A stretch of 51,037 nucleotides of DNA from Spirochaetaceae bacterium (GCA_009780675.1 WQZP01000018.1:1-51037), one strand, 5' to 3'; numbered from the stretch's first letter, positions 1 through 9,435 are shown. A program made the numbers and translations. Notes: a model not told the origin generated them from the sequence alone.

Positions 1-1
1 A

Positions 2-220
2 ACCAGCTCAAGTGAAATGCTTACTGGAGCAAAAGAGGTAATACAAGAGAGTACAAATCTTGAGAAAGTGACTCAGGAGATAAGTTCTGGTATGAATGAA
101 ATGGCAAGCGGAGCTGATGAGATAAATGTAGCTGTAAACCATGTTAATGAGATAACCATTAAGAACCGCGAAGCAATTGAGACTTTAACAAAAGAAGTTT
201 CGCGATTTAAGATTGATTAG
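2..220 (+). CDS. Methyl-accepting chemotaxis protein, C-terminal fragment (5' end lies outside the window)
   Basis: Frame is open from the window edge. Tail ...EISSGMNEMASGADEINVAVNHVNEITIKNREAIETL resembles the C-terminal end of an MCP signalling domain. Confidence 0.55.
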   Translation, partial: TSSSEMLTGAKEVIQESTNLEKVTQEISSGMNEMASGADEINVAVNHVNEITIKNREAIETLTKEVSRFKID

Positions 221-294
221 CCGGGCCAGCGCTTGTGAGATTATTTATAAACCAATGATTGACCTTCTATTAGCTACATAATATTATTACTTAG

Positions 295-1281
295 ATGTCA
301 ATATTAACAGGTTTTCAAATATCAAGATTATACGACCTTTACAATGATATAGATATAACTTTTACAAAAGATATTGTTTCTACAACTCTTTTTAACCATA
401 AAGAAACATATCTAAGATTCAGCGGGAATCACAAAAAGTGCCTTTTATATTCAACCTCAATGAAAAAAGGGAGAGTTATTGTAAATACCGGAGATAATTT
501 TATAGAAAAAACAAAAACCGCGGGAAATATTGTATCACTGCGGCTTGCATTTAATATACCCGGTAAAAATGATATTATCTCGTTCTTTGTAACTGCAAAA
601 ATAACAGGATATAATGCATATACAGAAGGGGGATCTGATTTAAATTATGCGTTTTTAACATATACCCAGCGTCCTCCAGATGATCTAATAATAATACTTG
701 GGCAGTTGCTTGAAACAAATATAAATTTTCAGAAGCGGAAGGATTTTCGCATAATAATCAATAATAACAATTATTTAACACTTGGACTAACATCAAGAGA
801 TATTAATCTTGTTATTGAAAAAATTCCACGAAAGGCAATAATTATAGATATTTCTGCTTCCGGAGTAATGGCAATTGGAGTAAAAGCCTTTAAATTTCAT
901 TTAAATAAAGAGTTGATAATAAAATTTAGCTCAGCAGCTAATGATTGGCAAATTAAAGGTCAAATAATAAGAATAGATGATGTTGAAGGAAGAAATGATG
1001 TTGTATTGATTGGCCTCAGGCTTATTCCGGAAACAATTCCTGTAAGTTTTAAGATGAGCATTGAAAATTATCTTAAAACAACTAAAAGTAACGATCAAGC
1101 GCCAGATAAAGGACGGTCTCCGGCTAAAGAGCAAGCTCCAAGTGAAGAGCAAACTCCGGCTAAAGAACAAGCTCCAGGTGAAGAGCAAACTCCGGCTAAA
1201 GAACAAGCTCCAGGTGAAGAGCAAACTCCAGCTAAAGAACAAACTCCGGCTAAAAAGCAGGCTCCGCCTCCAAAAAAATAG
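295..1281 (+). CDS. PilZ-like putative c-di-GMP-binding protein with a C-terminal Pro/Glu/Lys-rich tandem-repeat tail
   Basis: 328-aa ORF. RKDFR (RxxxR-like) followed 32 aa later by DISASG (DxSxxG-like), the spacing pattern of PilZ domains. The C-terminus is 3.5 copies of PAKEQAPGEEQT. Confidence 0.5.
   Translation: MSILTGFQISRLYDLYNDIDITFTKDIVSTTLFNHKETYLRFSGNHKKCLLYSTSMKKGRVIVNTGDNFIEKTKTAGNIVSLRLAFNIPGKNDIISFFVTAKITGYNAYTEGGSDLNYAFLTYTQRPPDDLIIILGQLLETNINFQKRKDFRIIINNNNYLTLGLTSRDINLVIEKIPRKAIIIDISASGVMAIGVKAFKFHLNKELIIKFSSAANDWQIKGQIIRIDDVEGRNDVVLIGLRLIPETIPVSFKMSIENYLKTTKSNDQAPDKGRSPAKEQAPSEEQTPAKEQAPGEEQTPAKEQAPGEEQTPAKEQTPAKKQAPPPKK
1121..1270 (+). repeat. 36-bp tandem repeat (~4 copies) encoding PAKEQAPGEEQT inside the 295-1281 CDS
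   Basis: Near-identical 36-mers ccggctaaagaacaagctccaggtgaagagcaaact at 1121, 1157 and 1193, with a half copy at 1229. Confidence 0.9.
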
Positions 1282-1299
1282 ACAAAGATAGGTATTTAA

Positions 1300-2397
1300 G
1301 TGAATGAAATAGTTTTTATAAAAATCCCTGAAAAATTAGCAGGCGAAATTAATGGATTTAACATTGATCCTGAAGTCCCATTACCTGTAGAAAAAGATGA
1401 ATCCATTGAAAAAGGGAACCTTACAGAGCTTTCCTGGGAAAAAATAATTGCAGCAATGCTAAAAATTCTGGCTTTTCATAGAGATTTTCAACACATAGAT
1501 TATTATAGAAAATTTATAACTGCAGTAAAACCTGAATTAAAAGAACAGCTTATTGATGCAGGGGTTGAAAAAGCAAGAAACAATGACCTTATTACCTCAG
1601 AAGAAATTTTTCTTGCAGTCGAAGGTCTTGAGCCTGATAACACCATAAATATCATAAATATGGCGCTTCTTTATGAGCATAAAGCATCTTTATTAGCTGA
1701 AAGCGATAGCGCTGAAAGTAATAAATATATTGATAAGACTTTTGATTTGTACAAAAAAGCGCTTACTATAGATTCATCAGAAAGTACCCACTACTATGCA
1801 GGGAAATTTTATTTTAACCGGCATAATTTTGAAAAAGCAAAAGAACATTTCTCTATCTATCTTGAACTTGGTGATCCTGATGAAGATGTTGAAAAAAGAA
1901 AAACTGTTTCAAAAATTTTAAGGGAAATTGAATCAAACAATATGCTTGATCTAAAATTTAAACAAGCTTATGACATGATCCAGCTTTGCCAGGAAGAAGA
2001 AGGGATAAAAATCATATTAGAATTTATTGAAAATTCACCGGATATATGGAATGCATGGTTTCTCTTAGGCTGGGGATATAGAAGAATAGGAAAGTATAAA
2101 GAAGCATACGATGCATTTTCAAAAGTAATTGAGCTTGGCGAAAAATCTGTTGATGTATTAAATGAAATAGCAATATGCAGCATTGAAACAGGAAATCAAA
2201 AAGATGCAGAGAAATTTCTTCTGCAAGCCCTGAAAATTGAGCCTGAAAATGTAAAAATAATATCAAATCTTGGGATACTCCATTATAAAGCCGGAGATAT
2301 AAAAAAAGCGCAATCATTTTTTCTTGCATCTCTGGAATATGATGAAAATGATGAAGTAGCTAAAAAATACCTTGAAATAATAGAAAAAGAGATATAA
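1300..2397 (+). CDS. TPR-repeat protein
   Basis: 365 aa with a GTG start. C-terminal half is repeated 34-aa TPR-like units (WFLLGWGYRRIGKYKEAYDAFSKVIEL..., ISNLGILHYKAGDIKKAQSFF...). Confidence 0.65.
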   Translation: MNEIVFIKIPEKLAGEINGFNIDPEVPLPVEKDESIEKGNLTELSWEKIIAAMLKILAFHRDFQHIDYYRKFITAVKPELKEQLIDAGVEKARNNDLITSEEIFLAVEGLEPDNTINIINMALLYEHKASLLAESDSAESNKYIDKTFDLYKKALTIDSSESTHYYAGKFYFNRHNFEKAKEHFSIYLELGDPDEDVEKRKTVSKILREIESNNMLDLKFKQAYDMIQLCQEEEGIKIILEFIENSPDIWNAWFLLGWGYRRIGKYKEAYDAFSKVIELGEKSVDVLNEIAICSIETGNQKDAEKFLLQALKIEPENVKIISNLGILHYKAGDIKKAQSFFLASLEYDENDEVAKKYLEIIEKEI

Positions 2398-2437
2398 ATA
2401 AAAATTTTAATAATAAAACTACCTACTTATTGCCCTG

Positions 2438-2505
2438 CGACTGAGCCATACTCGCTTGTCCTCACTTCGTTGCGGGAATCGCTCGATGTCTCAGCCTCTG
2501 GGCAT
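2438..2505 (+). repeat. GC-rich structured intergenic element, short copy; related to element at 38160-38445
   Basis: ~65% GC segment within AT-rich DNA. Core actcgcttgtcctcacttcgttgcggg is ~80% identical to actcgctaagtcctcgcttcgctgcgga at 38207. Internal inverted repeats ctgag/ctcag. Confidence 0.4.
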
Positions 2506-2577
2506 AAAGCAAACACTTCTTTAAACCTTTAATTTTCGGCATATATTAAAAAAAAATAATTTTTTTTTAATATTGAG

Positions 2578-2605
2578 TAAAGATTATAGAAAGTTCTGTC
2601 GATTA
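2578..2605 (+). promoter_or_regulatory. Candidate sigma28 (FliA)-type promoter upstream of flaB copy 1
   Basis: TAAA-N16-GTCGATTA compared with consensus TAAA-N15-GCCGATAA. Lies ~200 nt upstream of the start codon, so it is uncertain. Confidence 0.25.
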
Positions 2606-2707
2606 CAAAAGTAGAAAAATGGGTGCTCCAAAAGAGCAGAGTTCCCCTTTATCATTATTATTATCGGTAATAATTTAGGGACTTTAACATTTTTTTAAAA
2701 AATTTCA

Positions 2708-2719
2708 GGCAAGGATGCC
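2708..2719 (+). promoter_or_regulatory. CsrA-type binding hairpin (GGCA-AGGA-TGCC) in the flaB copy-1 leader
   Basis: 4-bp stem with AGGA loop; CAAGGATGC matches the CsrA SELEX core A(C)ARGGAUG. The SD also contains GGA (atGGAGGaaatATG). Confidence 0.35.
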
Positions 2720-2804
2720 TGATAGAGCAAATTGAATTGCCCAAATGCAACCCGACACTGCGCTGCGCGGCTTTTCAGGCAGCTCTAAAAATCATGGAGG
2801 AAAT

Positions 2805-3662
2805 ATGATAATTAACCACAACTTGAGTGCAATGTTTGCACAAAGGCAAGTCGGTATTACTGACAGAAACATTACGTCAAATATCGAAAAACTTTCTTCT
2901 GGTCTAAGAATAACAAAAGCTGGTGATGATGCTTCAGGTCTTGCAGTATCAGAAAAAATGAGAAGTCAGATAAGAGGTCTTAATCAGGCTTCAAGAAATG
3001 CGTCTGATGGTATTTCATTTATACAGACAAGCGAAGGATATTTACAGGAATCACAGAATATTCTTCACAGACTTAGAGAACTAGCTATACAATCTTCAAA
3101 TGGTATTTATACAGCAGAAGATAGAATGCAGATCCAGGTTGAAGTTTCACAGCTTATTGACGAAATTGACAGAATAGCTTCTCATGCTCAATTTAATGGG
3201 ATGAATATGCTTACTGGAAGATTTGCAAGAGAAACTGGTCAAAATGTTGTAACAGGTTCAATGTGGTTCCATATTGGTGCTAATATGGATCAAAGAACCA
3301 GAATTTTTATAGGAACAATGACTGCAAGAGGTCTTGGACTCCTGAATCCCGATAATAGTATTATAAGCCTCTCAACTCCAGATGGAGCTAATATGGCAAT
3401 AGGGATAATTGACGCAGCAATGACCCTAATCAATAAGCAGAGAGCAGACTTGGGCGCGTATCAGAACAGGCTTGATCACACTGTAAGGGGTATTGATGTT
3501 GGAGCTGAAAACCTTCAGGCAGCAGAATCAAGAATAAGAGATGTTGATATGGCCAGGGAAATGGTTGAATATGTTAAAAACCAGATACTTATTCAGGCAG
3601 GAACAGCAATGCTTGCACAAGCTAACACAAAAGCGCAATCTGTGTTGCAATTATTGGGTTAA
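2805..3662 (+). CDS. flaB: Flagellin, spirochete FlaB core filament protein (copy 1)
   Basis: Starts [15 protein letters not shown], the hallmark FlaB N-terminus. Conserved flagellin N-terminal ([28 protein letters not shown]) and C-terminal ([15 protein letters not shown]) domains. GGAGG SD 8 nt upstream. The longer ORF from 2745 is rejected. Confidence 0.9.
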   Translation: MIINHNLSAMFAQRQVGITDRNITSNIEKLSSGLRITKAGDDASGLAVSEKMRSQIRGLNQASRNASDGISFIQTSEGYLQESQNILHRLRELAIQSSNGIYTAEDRMQIQVEVSQLIDEIDRIASHAQFNGMNMLTGRFARETGQNVVTGSMWFHIGANMDQRTRIFIGTMTARGLGLLNPDNSIISLSTPDGANMAIGIIDAAMTLINKQRADLGAYQNRLDHTVRGIDVGAENLQAAESRIRDVDMAREMVEYVKNQILIQAGTAMLAQANTKAQSVLQLLG

Positions 3663-3695
3663 CATATTATTATATATACGTAGAGTATATATTTT

Positions 3696-3718
3696 AGGGC
3701 AGTTTTTTAACTGCCCTA
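3696..3718 (+). terminator. Stem-loop between the two flaB genes (weak or partial terminator)
   Basis: agggcag-ttttttaa-ctgccct is a perfect 7-bp stem, but no T-tract follows it directly. Confidence 0.3.
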
Positions 3719-3864
3719 ACTGTTCTTTGAAATAGCCTCCTTAAAAGTAAGTAAATAGCCGGGGAACACCTCTTAAATGGGGAGAGATGTTCCTTTTTAT
3801 AGGTAAGTTAAGAAGTGGCGCGTATGCTTCTTAAAATATGCCTTAAAAAGGTTATTTCAATAAA

Positions 3865-3877
3865 GGCAAGGGATGCC
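3865..3877 (+). promoter_or_regulatory. CsrA-type binding hairpin (GGCA-AGGGA-TGCC) in the flaB copy-2 leader
   Basis: Same GGCA/TGCC stem as at 2708 with a GGA-containing loop, 28 nt upstream of the ATG. SD caaGGAGGGtttATG also carries GGA. Confidence 0.35.
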
Positions 3878-3904
3878 TTTTATTTACTATTACAAGGAGG
3901 GTTT

Positions 3905-4756
3905 ATGATTATAAATCACAATATGAGCGCTATGTTTGCTAACAGACAGCTGGGAAATACAGGTGCTTCGTTAGAAAAAAATATTGAGAAACTAAGCTCC
4001 GGATTAAGAATCAATAGAGCTGGTGATGATGCTTCTGGTCTTGCAGTATCAGAAAAAATGAGAAGCCAAATAAGGGGCCTTAATCAAGCAGAAAGAAATA
4101 TCCAAAATGGAGTTTCTTTCATACAGGCTACCGAAGGCTATCTGCAGGGAACCCAGGATATTCTTCACAGACTCAGAGAACTTTCTATCCAGTCTGCAAA
4201 CGGTATTTATTCCGCTGAAGACAGAATGCAAATTCAGGTAGAAGTTTCACAGCTTGTTAGTGAAGTTAACAGAATAGCTTCTCATGCTCAGTTTAATGGC
4301 ATGAATATGCTTACAGGCGCTTTTGCAAGAGACAGCGCAGTAGGTAGGATTATGACACTGCATGTGGGTGCTAATATGGATCAAAGTGAAACACTTTTTA
4401 TCCGGACAATGACAGCAAATGCTCTTGGCCTTATAAATGATCAAAGCCCTGGAGGAATGATTTCAATTTCAACTCCAGACTTGGCAAATATGGCTATAGG
4501 GTTGGTTGATAGTGCTCTCAGAAGCCTTAGCCAGCAAAGAGCTGATCTTGGCGCATACCAGAACAGGTTTGAAATGGCTTCCAGGAGTGTTGCAGTTGCT
4601 GCTGAAAATCTGCAATCTGCAGAGTCAAGGATACGAGATGTTGATATGGCAAGCGAAATGGTTCAGTATGTAAAAAATATGATACTTCACCAGGCTGGAA
4701 CAGCAATGCTTGCGCAGGCAAACACAAAAGCAGAATCTGTGCTTCAGTTGCTATAA
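3905..4756 (+). CDS. flaB: Flagellin, spirochete FlaB core filament protein (copy 2)
   Basis: Starts [19 protein letters not shown] with conserved flagellin D0/D1 termini. AGGAGG SD. The longer ORF from 3815 is rejected. Confidence 0.9.
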   Translation: MIINHNMSAMFANRQLGNTGASLEKNIEKLSSGLRINRAGDDASGLAVSEKMRSQIRGLNQAERNIQNGVSFIQATEGYLQGTQDILHRLRELSIQSANGIYSAEDRMQIQVEVSQLVSEVNRIASHAQFNGMNMLTGAFARDSAVGRIMTLHVGANMDQSETLFIRTMTANALGLINDQSPGGMISISTPDLANMAIGLVDSALRSLSQQRADLGAYQNRFEMASRSVAVAAENLQSAESRIRDVDMASEMVQYVKNMILHQAGTAMLAQANTKAESVLQLL

Positions 4757-4837
4757 ACCCATTGAAGTAAAGTGATTATGTGTTCTTTTTTAAGAAGATA
4801 ACTGGACATCATCTTCTTAGTATTATGAACTAAATTA

Positions 4838-4867
4838 GGGAGAGATCGCGCCTCTCTCCCATTTTTT
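4838..4867 (+). terminator. Rho-independent terminator after flaB copy 2
   Basis: gggagag-atcgcgc-ctctccc followed by atttttt. Confidence 0.7.
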
Positions 4868-4890
4868 AAGAATTTTAAAGAGGTAAAATT

Positions 4891-5268
4891 ATGGAACTGG
4901 GAATTCAGGGAAGAATGAACCAGCCGCCACTTAGAAATAATAATCAGCAAAAAGCTGTGCAATTAATACAGCCAGAGCAAAGTGAGGTTGCAAAAGAAGC
5001 TGCAGCCAAAGCTGAAAGGAATCTGCAGCGGACTGTAGCTATATCAAAAGAGGAGATGGACAGGCATATCCGCAGGATTTTGCAGGATGCTTCGCTTTTT
5101 AACAGAGACCTTAGATACTCTATAAACAGGGAAACAAACGAGGTAATAGTTAAAGTGGTCGATAAAACCACCGATAAAGTAATTAAGGAAATACCTCCCG
5201 AAGCCCTACAAAGGTTGCAAATAGGCCTAAAAAGACAATTAGGCTTATTAATAGACGAAAAGATTTAA
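4891..5268 (+). CDS. flaG: Flagellar protein FlaG
   Basis: 125 aa. C-terminal motif RETNEVIVKVVDKTTDKVIKEIPPEALQRL matches the FlaG family signature (V.V.D..TgeVIrqIPpEe.l). Sits between the flagellin and fliD genes as in other flagellar clusters. Confidence 0.7.
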   Translation: MELGIQGRMNQPPLRNNNQQKAVQLIQPEQSEVAKEAAAKAERNLQRTVAISKEEMDRHIRRILQDASLFNRDLRYSINRETNEVIVKVVDKTTDKVIKEIPPEALQRLQIGLKRQLGLLIDEKI

Positions 5269-5296
5269 ATTTTTAAATGGGGGTAAGAGGCCCTAA

Positions 5297-7339
5297 ATGT
5301 CTGATTTAATAATTCCTGGCGTAACAAGTAGAGTCAACTCTGACAAAATTATAGAAAACCTCATGAAACTTGAGCGTATTCCTCTTGAGCGGCTTGAACA
5401 GAGAAATGAGGTAAGCAGACAGCAAAGAGAGGTATGGCAACTTCTTAACAGAAAAATCGGCCTTGTAAGAGATTCCTCAAGACTACTTTATAGCTTTCAA
5501 AACCCTTTTGATGATAAAAGAGTAACATCATCAGACCCCTCTGTGCTTACAGCAACAGCAACAAGAGGAGCTGCTATTGAAAACAGAAGCCTAAGAGTTG
5601 TTGAGATAGCATCTGCAGACAGATTTGTCTCAAGACCTATTCCCAGAAATGAACAAGTTGAGTCCGGAACTTACACCTTTTTTGTAGGAGAAAGGAGAAT
5701 TTCTTTTAATTTTAGGGGAGGTTCTGTAAGGGATTTTGTAGATATGATCAACAGGCATGGCAGAGATGACTTAAGAGCCACAACCATCAATTATAATAGA
5801 GATAATATCTACTTTATTATTGAATCAAGAATAACAGGACGCGATAATCAACTCTCTTTTGATGGACAAGCTTCTGATTTTGCCATTAGAACAGGAATAA
5901 TGACACTAAACCAAACCTCAAATAGGCCAATAAATATTTCAAATGAAAACATAAGAGAATGGACTACTCCAATAAATAGAGATGCATTTACTATAGATGG
6001 GAATTCAGTAACAGTAAAAAGCGGAGGAGAGCTAAGGATCGATATAAATCCTCATGTTGCAACAAGAGGAATCAGTACTGATAATATGCTTCTTGAATTT
6101 ACTATAAGGGTAAAAAATCTTCCGGAAGCCCCTGTTATTGAGCATACTGCCCCTCCAGGGCCTACTCTTCCTGAATCAGGAACAACAGCTTTTGAAAATA
6201 TTACGATCCAGAATAACCCGCTTGGAATAACTCTTCCAACATGGGAGCCCCCTCCTCAACCAGAAAGAATTACAGATATGTCTGTTGTTTTTTTGGGAGC
6301 AGGGAACAGAATAGACAGGCTTAGCGATATAGAAGACAATGAAGAGGTTCAGAAAATACAAATTCCTTTAAGCCACATTGCAAACCCTCTTTCTTCAATT
6401 AATATAAGAAACAAAAATACACATAAAGAAATAGCAATATCAGATATAAGAATATTTAATCCAGATGACCGGGGAGATCTTGTTCCTGTAAATCCTGCCT
6501 CAACAGCATCAGACGCAGTAGTGGAAATAGATGGAGTCAGGGTCAGAAGATCGTCAAATACTATTGATGACCTTATACCGGAAGTTACTTTAACTCTTAG
6601 GGCCCCCGGACTTCAAAATATTGATCTTAGAATTGAACCAGACGCAGCGCACATAAAAAATAGCATAATCACGCTTATAGGCAATTACAATGACCTTATT
6701 GCAGAACTCAATATTTTATCCCGCCATAGTGATGAAATAATAAATGAAATCACTTATTTTAGCGAAGAAGAGCGGAGAGCTGCAAGGGAAAGAATGGGGG
6801 TTTTGCAGGGCGAAGTAGCAATTACACAGATGCGTGACCGCCTTATGCGAATTATGAGCGCTCCTCATAGATGGAATGAGGATAACTATTTTACCCTTCT
6901 TGCTGAAGTAGGTATTTCGACAAATGCCAATTTAGGTGGCGGCTCTGCAGCTTCAAGGCTTAGAGGATATCTTGAAATCGATGAAAGAAAGCTTGATGCT
7001 GTAATAGAAAACAATCCTTCTGCTATAAAAAATTTATTTGGGTTTGACAGAACTTCAGATATGATCATTGATTCAGGTGTAGCATTTGAAATCGATAACT
7101 ATCTTAGAGCTTTTAATGAAACTGGCGGGATAATAGCAACAAGAATCAGCACAATAGACCGCAATATAGCCAGAACCGATACAGAAATAGCTAACTTTAA
7201 TCAAAGACTTGTAAGAGTCGAACAAGATCTTAGAAGAAGATATGGAATAATGGAAGGAGCTTTGCAGGAACTGGAACAAACATCTTCATCATTGCGAAAT
7301 CTTAATAACCTTAACCTTCATAATAATAACTCCAGATAG
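5297..7339 (+). CDS. fliD: Flagellar filament cap protein FliD (hook-associated protein 2)
   Basis: 680 aa with FliD-like N-terminal and C-terminal coiled-coil segments (N-term ...IENLMKLERIPLERLEQ..., C-term ...IANFNQRLVRVEQDLRRRYGIMEGALQELEQ). Position immediately after flaG. Confidence 0.8.
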   Translation: MSDLIIPGVTSRVNSDKIIENLMKLERIPLERLEQRNEVSRQQREVWQLLNRKIGLVRDSSRLLYSFQNPFDDKRVTSSDPSVLTATATRGAAIENRSLRVVEIASADRFVSRPIPRNEQVESGTYTFFVGERRISFNFRGGSVRDFVDMINRHGRDDLRATTINYNRDNIYFIIESRITGRDNQLSFDGQASDFAIRTGIMTLNQTSNRPINISNENIREWTTPINRDAFTIDGNSVTVKSGGELRIDINPHVATRGISTDNMLLEFTIRVKNLPEAPVIEHTAPPGPTLPESGTTAFENITIQNNPLGITLPTWEPPPQPERITDMSVVFLGAGNRIDRLSDIEDNEEVQKIQIPLSHIANPLSSINIRNKNTHKEIAISDIRIFNPDDRGDLVPVNPASTASDAVVEIDGVRVRRSSNTIDDLIPEVTLTLRAPGLQNIDLRIEPDAAHIKNSIITLIGNYNDLIAELNILSRHSDEIINEITYFSEEERRAARERMGVLQGEVAITQMRDRLMRIMSAPHRWNEDNYFTLLAEVGISTNANLGGGSAASRLRGYLEIDERKLDAVIENNPSAIKNLFGFDRTSDMIIDSGVAFEIDNYLRAFNETGGIIATRISTIDRNIARTDTEIANFNQRLVRVEQDLRRRYGIMEGALQELEQTSSSLRNLNNLNLHNNNSR

Positions 7340-7389
7340 TCTATAAAATTCCGACAATCTAACTATACGCTTTTCAATGGGAGAAGTAA

Positions 7390-8253
7390 GTGAATATTAG
7401 TATTGACGGCAATATTATTGATTATACTCTTGAGAAAGAAAAAAACGGCTATGAAATTATTGAATCAATTAGCTTATGGCTGCGAAAAAACTATATCATA
7501 ATAAAATCAATAATTATTGATGAAAAAGAATATGATTATGATGATAAAACTTTACTTGGTGAATTAAGTGTTGATTCTATTAATAAAATAGACATTATTA
7601 CTCTCACATTAAGAGAATATAGGTATAATCAACTACTAATCATTCAGGAATATTTTGAAAATCTTATTTCAGCAATAAACAACAATAATAAAGATGAAGT
7701 TTTAAAAATATTTAAAAATTATGAAAAAATAAAACCAGACATGGAAGAAGTTATTGATAAAATATATAAACCCGAAAATCAGGGATTTATAGAGACAATG
7801 GTTTCCAAAAAAGAGCTTACTGATTCTGATTATGCAAATCTGAAATTTTTTATGGAAAATATACTTTTTATAGTTGAAGAAAGAAAACGGGAAGTAATAA
7901 ATCCTGAAACAGAGATTGAAAGAGAAAAAAAAATTTTTGACACGCTTCTTCCTGAAATTGAAATAATATCTGTGCTTTTGCAAACAGGAAAAGAAAATGA
8001 AGCTTTTGAAAAAATAATAAAATTTGTTGATTTTACAAAAAAACTATCAAGGCTTTTAAGTTATTACAATATGGGATTAGGTAAAATTGAACCTGAAGAA
8101 ATAAGTAAGTTTAATAATCTTCTAATTGATTTTAAAGTTGCTTTGGAACGAGGTGATTCTGTTCTTATAGGTGATATTTTGGAATATGAACTTTCCCCAG
8201 TTATTGAACAGTTTTTTGATGCTATGTTATCCGAAAAACAGCAGGAGAAGTAG
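7390..8253 (+). CDS. Hypothetical acidic protein downstream of fliD
   Basis: 287 aa, Glu/Lys/Ile-rich. GTG start with a GGGAGAAG SD. No recognisable domain; occupies the position where fliS is often found. Confidence 0.45.
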   Translation: MNISIDGNIIDYTLEKEKNGYEIIESISLWLRKNYIIIKSIIIDEKEYDYDDKTLLGELSVDSINKIDIITLTLREYRYNQLLIIQEYFENLISAINNNNKDEVLKIFKNYEKIKPDMEEVIDKIYKPENQGFIETMVSKKELTDSDYANLKFFMENILFIVEERKREVINPETEIEREKKIFDTLLPEIEIISVLLQTGKENEAFEKIIKFVDFTKKLSRLLSYYNMGLGKIEPEEISKFNNLLIDFKVALERGDSVLIGDILEYELSPVIEQFFDAMLSEKQQEK

Positions 8254-9435
8254 ATGATAAGCCAATTACTCCTTCAGGCAACTGGATCGTTTGGATTGCC
8301 TGAACTTACCGCAGCAGATAGCAGAACAGTATATATTGCAATAGGAATTGTTGTTGGTTTTATAGTGTTGCTGGTGCTGGGCAATATGATAAGCAATAAT
8401 AAAAGAATCAGGATGGGCGGATTTCCTTTAAAGAGGGGAACTGGTAGTAGCAGCAGTGTAGTAAAAAGTTCTGCCCCAAAAATAAGTAAAGGAAAATTCA
8501 GAAAAATCGCTAAACAGATAGGATTATCGCCTGCTCAGATAAAAATACTTGAAGATATTGCTGAAAAACACAATGTTGGTTCGCCTGCAATATTTTTAAC
8601 CTCGCATAAAACTTTTAATTTGACAATGAAAAAAGTTATACAAGAGTATGACAACGGAGCATATTCTTTAGAGGTTAAAGAAAATTACAAAATGTTGCTT
8701 TTTAATATTAAGCAAAAACTTGATAAAAGCAGCGTAGCAGGCGAAAAAATATCAACATCACGCCAGCTTGCGGTTGGAAAACAGATAATAATCACAACAT
8801 CTACTGGAGAAAAATATAGTACAAGTATTGTTACTAACTTAGCAGATTATATGTGCGCAAATATTCCAAAGAGATCAGATGGAAGTATGTTAAGGCTTAA
8901 TAAATGGGAGCCTATAAAAATCTCTGTTCCGGAAAAAGGGGATAGGGGTATTTTTTATGATTCAAAAATTGCAGGATATTCCACGGCAAAAGGAATTTCC
9001 TGTATAATGCTGCAACACTCAAACAGTATACAGTCTTCAAAACAGCGTAATTTTCCAAGAAAAGAACTTGGAAAAGCGTGCTATTTCTTTAAAATAAATA
9101 TAGTAACACTTGTAGATGGAAAAACAACTGTTAAAAAAGCCGTTATTGATGATAATGCCAAAGGCAGATTAGGAAGTGTTCTTGAAATATCTGCTGGAGG
9201 ATGCAGTATAAAATCTCAAAATTGCCTAAACAGGGGTGATTTATTAAGGGTAGATATAGATATTGAGAGGAGACAAACTATTTCTGCATTGGGCAAAATA
9301 GTAAACATTAGAAAAGTAACTCCAGGAACTGCGACTATGCATATTCAGTTTACCAGAATGTCCAAAAAAAATATGAATTCAATAAATTCTTATATTTATG
9401 GCATTGGGGAAAGAACAACTATTCTTGATTATTAA
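8254..9435 (+). CDS. Membrane-anchored protein with a degenerate C-terminal PilZ-like domain
   Basis: 393 aa. N-terminal TM helix IAIGIVVGFIVLLVLGNMI. C-terminal GRLGSVLEISAGGCSI resembles the PilZ DxSxGG motif; no clean RxxxR. ATGA overlap with the upstream gene. Confidence 0.45.
   Translation: MISQLLLQATGSFGLPELTAADSRTVYIAIGIVVGFIVLLVLGNMISNNKRIRMGGFPLKRGTGSSSSVVKSSAPKISKGKFRKIAKQIGLSPAQIKILEDIAEKHNVGSPAIFLTSHKTFNLTMKKVIQEYDNGAYSLEVKENYKMLLFNIKQKLDKSSVAGEKISTSRQLAVGKQIIITTSTGEKYSTSIVTNLADYMCANIPKRSDGSMLRLNKWEPIKISVPEKGDRGIFYDSKIAGYSTAKGISCIMLQHSNSIQSSKQRNFPRKELGKACYFFKINIVTLVDGKTTVKKAVIDDNAKGRLGSVLEISAGGCSIKSQNCLNRGDLLRVDIDIERRQTISALGKIVNIRKVTPGTATMHIQFTRMSKKNMNSINSYIYGIGERTTILDY

Noticed and set aside
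931-1291. ORFs 931-1242 (minus) and 1061-1291 (plus) overlapping the tail of the PilZ-like gene
   Set aside because: Both lie entirely within the 36-bp tandem repeat and are low-complexity repeat-driven artefacts. The 295-1281 frame carries the real domain.
2745-3904. Extended N-termini for the two flagellins (ORF-track starts at 2745 and 3815)
   Set aside because: Flagellin families begin at the conserved MIINHN. Both internal ATGs have strong GGAGG SDs, and the upstream extensions are non-conserved.
4049-4727. Antisense ORFs inside flaB copy 2 (4049-4231, 4247-4444, 4527-4727) and similar antisense ORFs inside flgK, flgL, the histidine kinase, metG and the permeases
   Set aside because: They are short, lack SDs and lie opposite strongly supported conserved genes.
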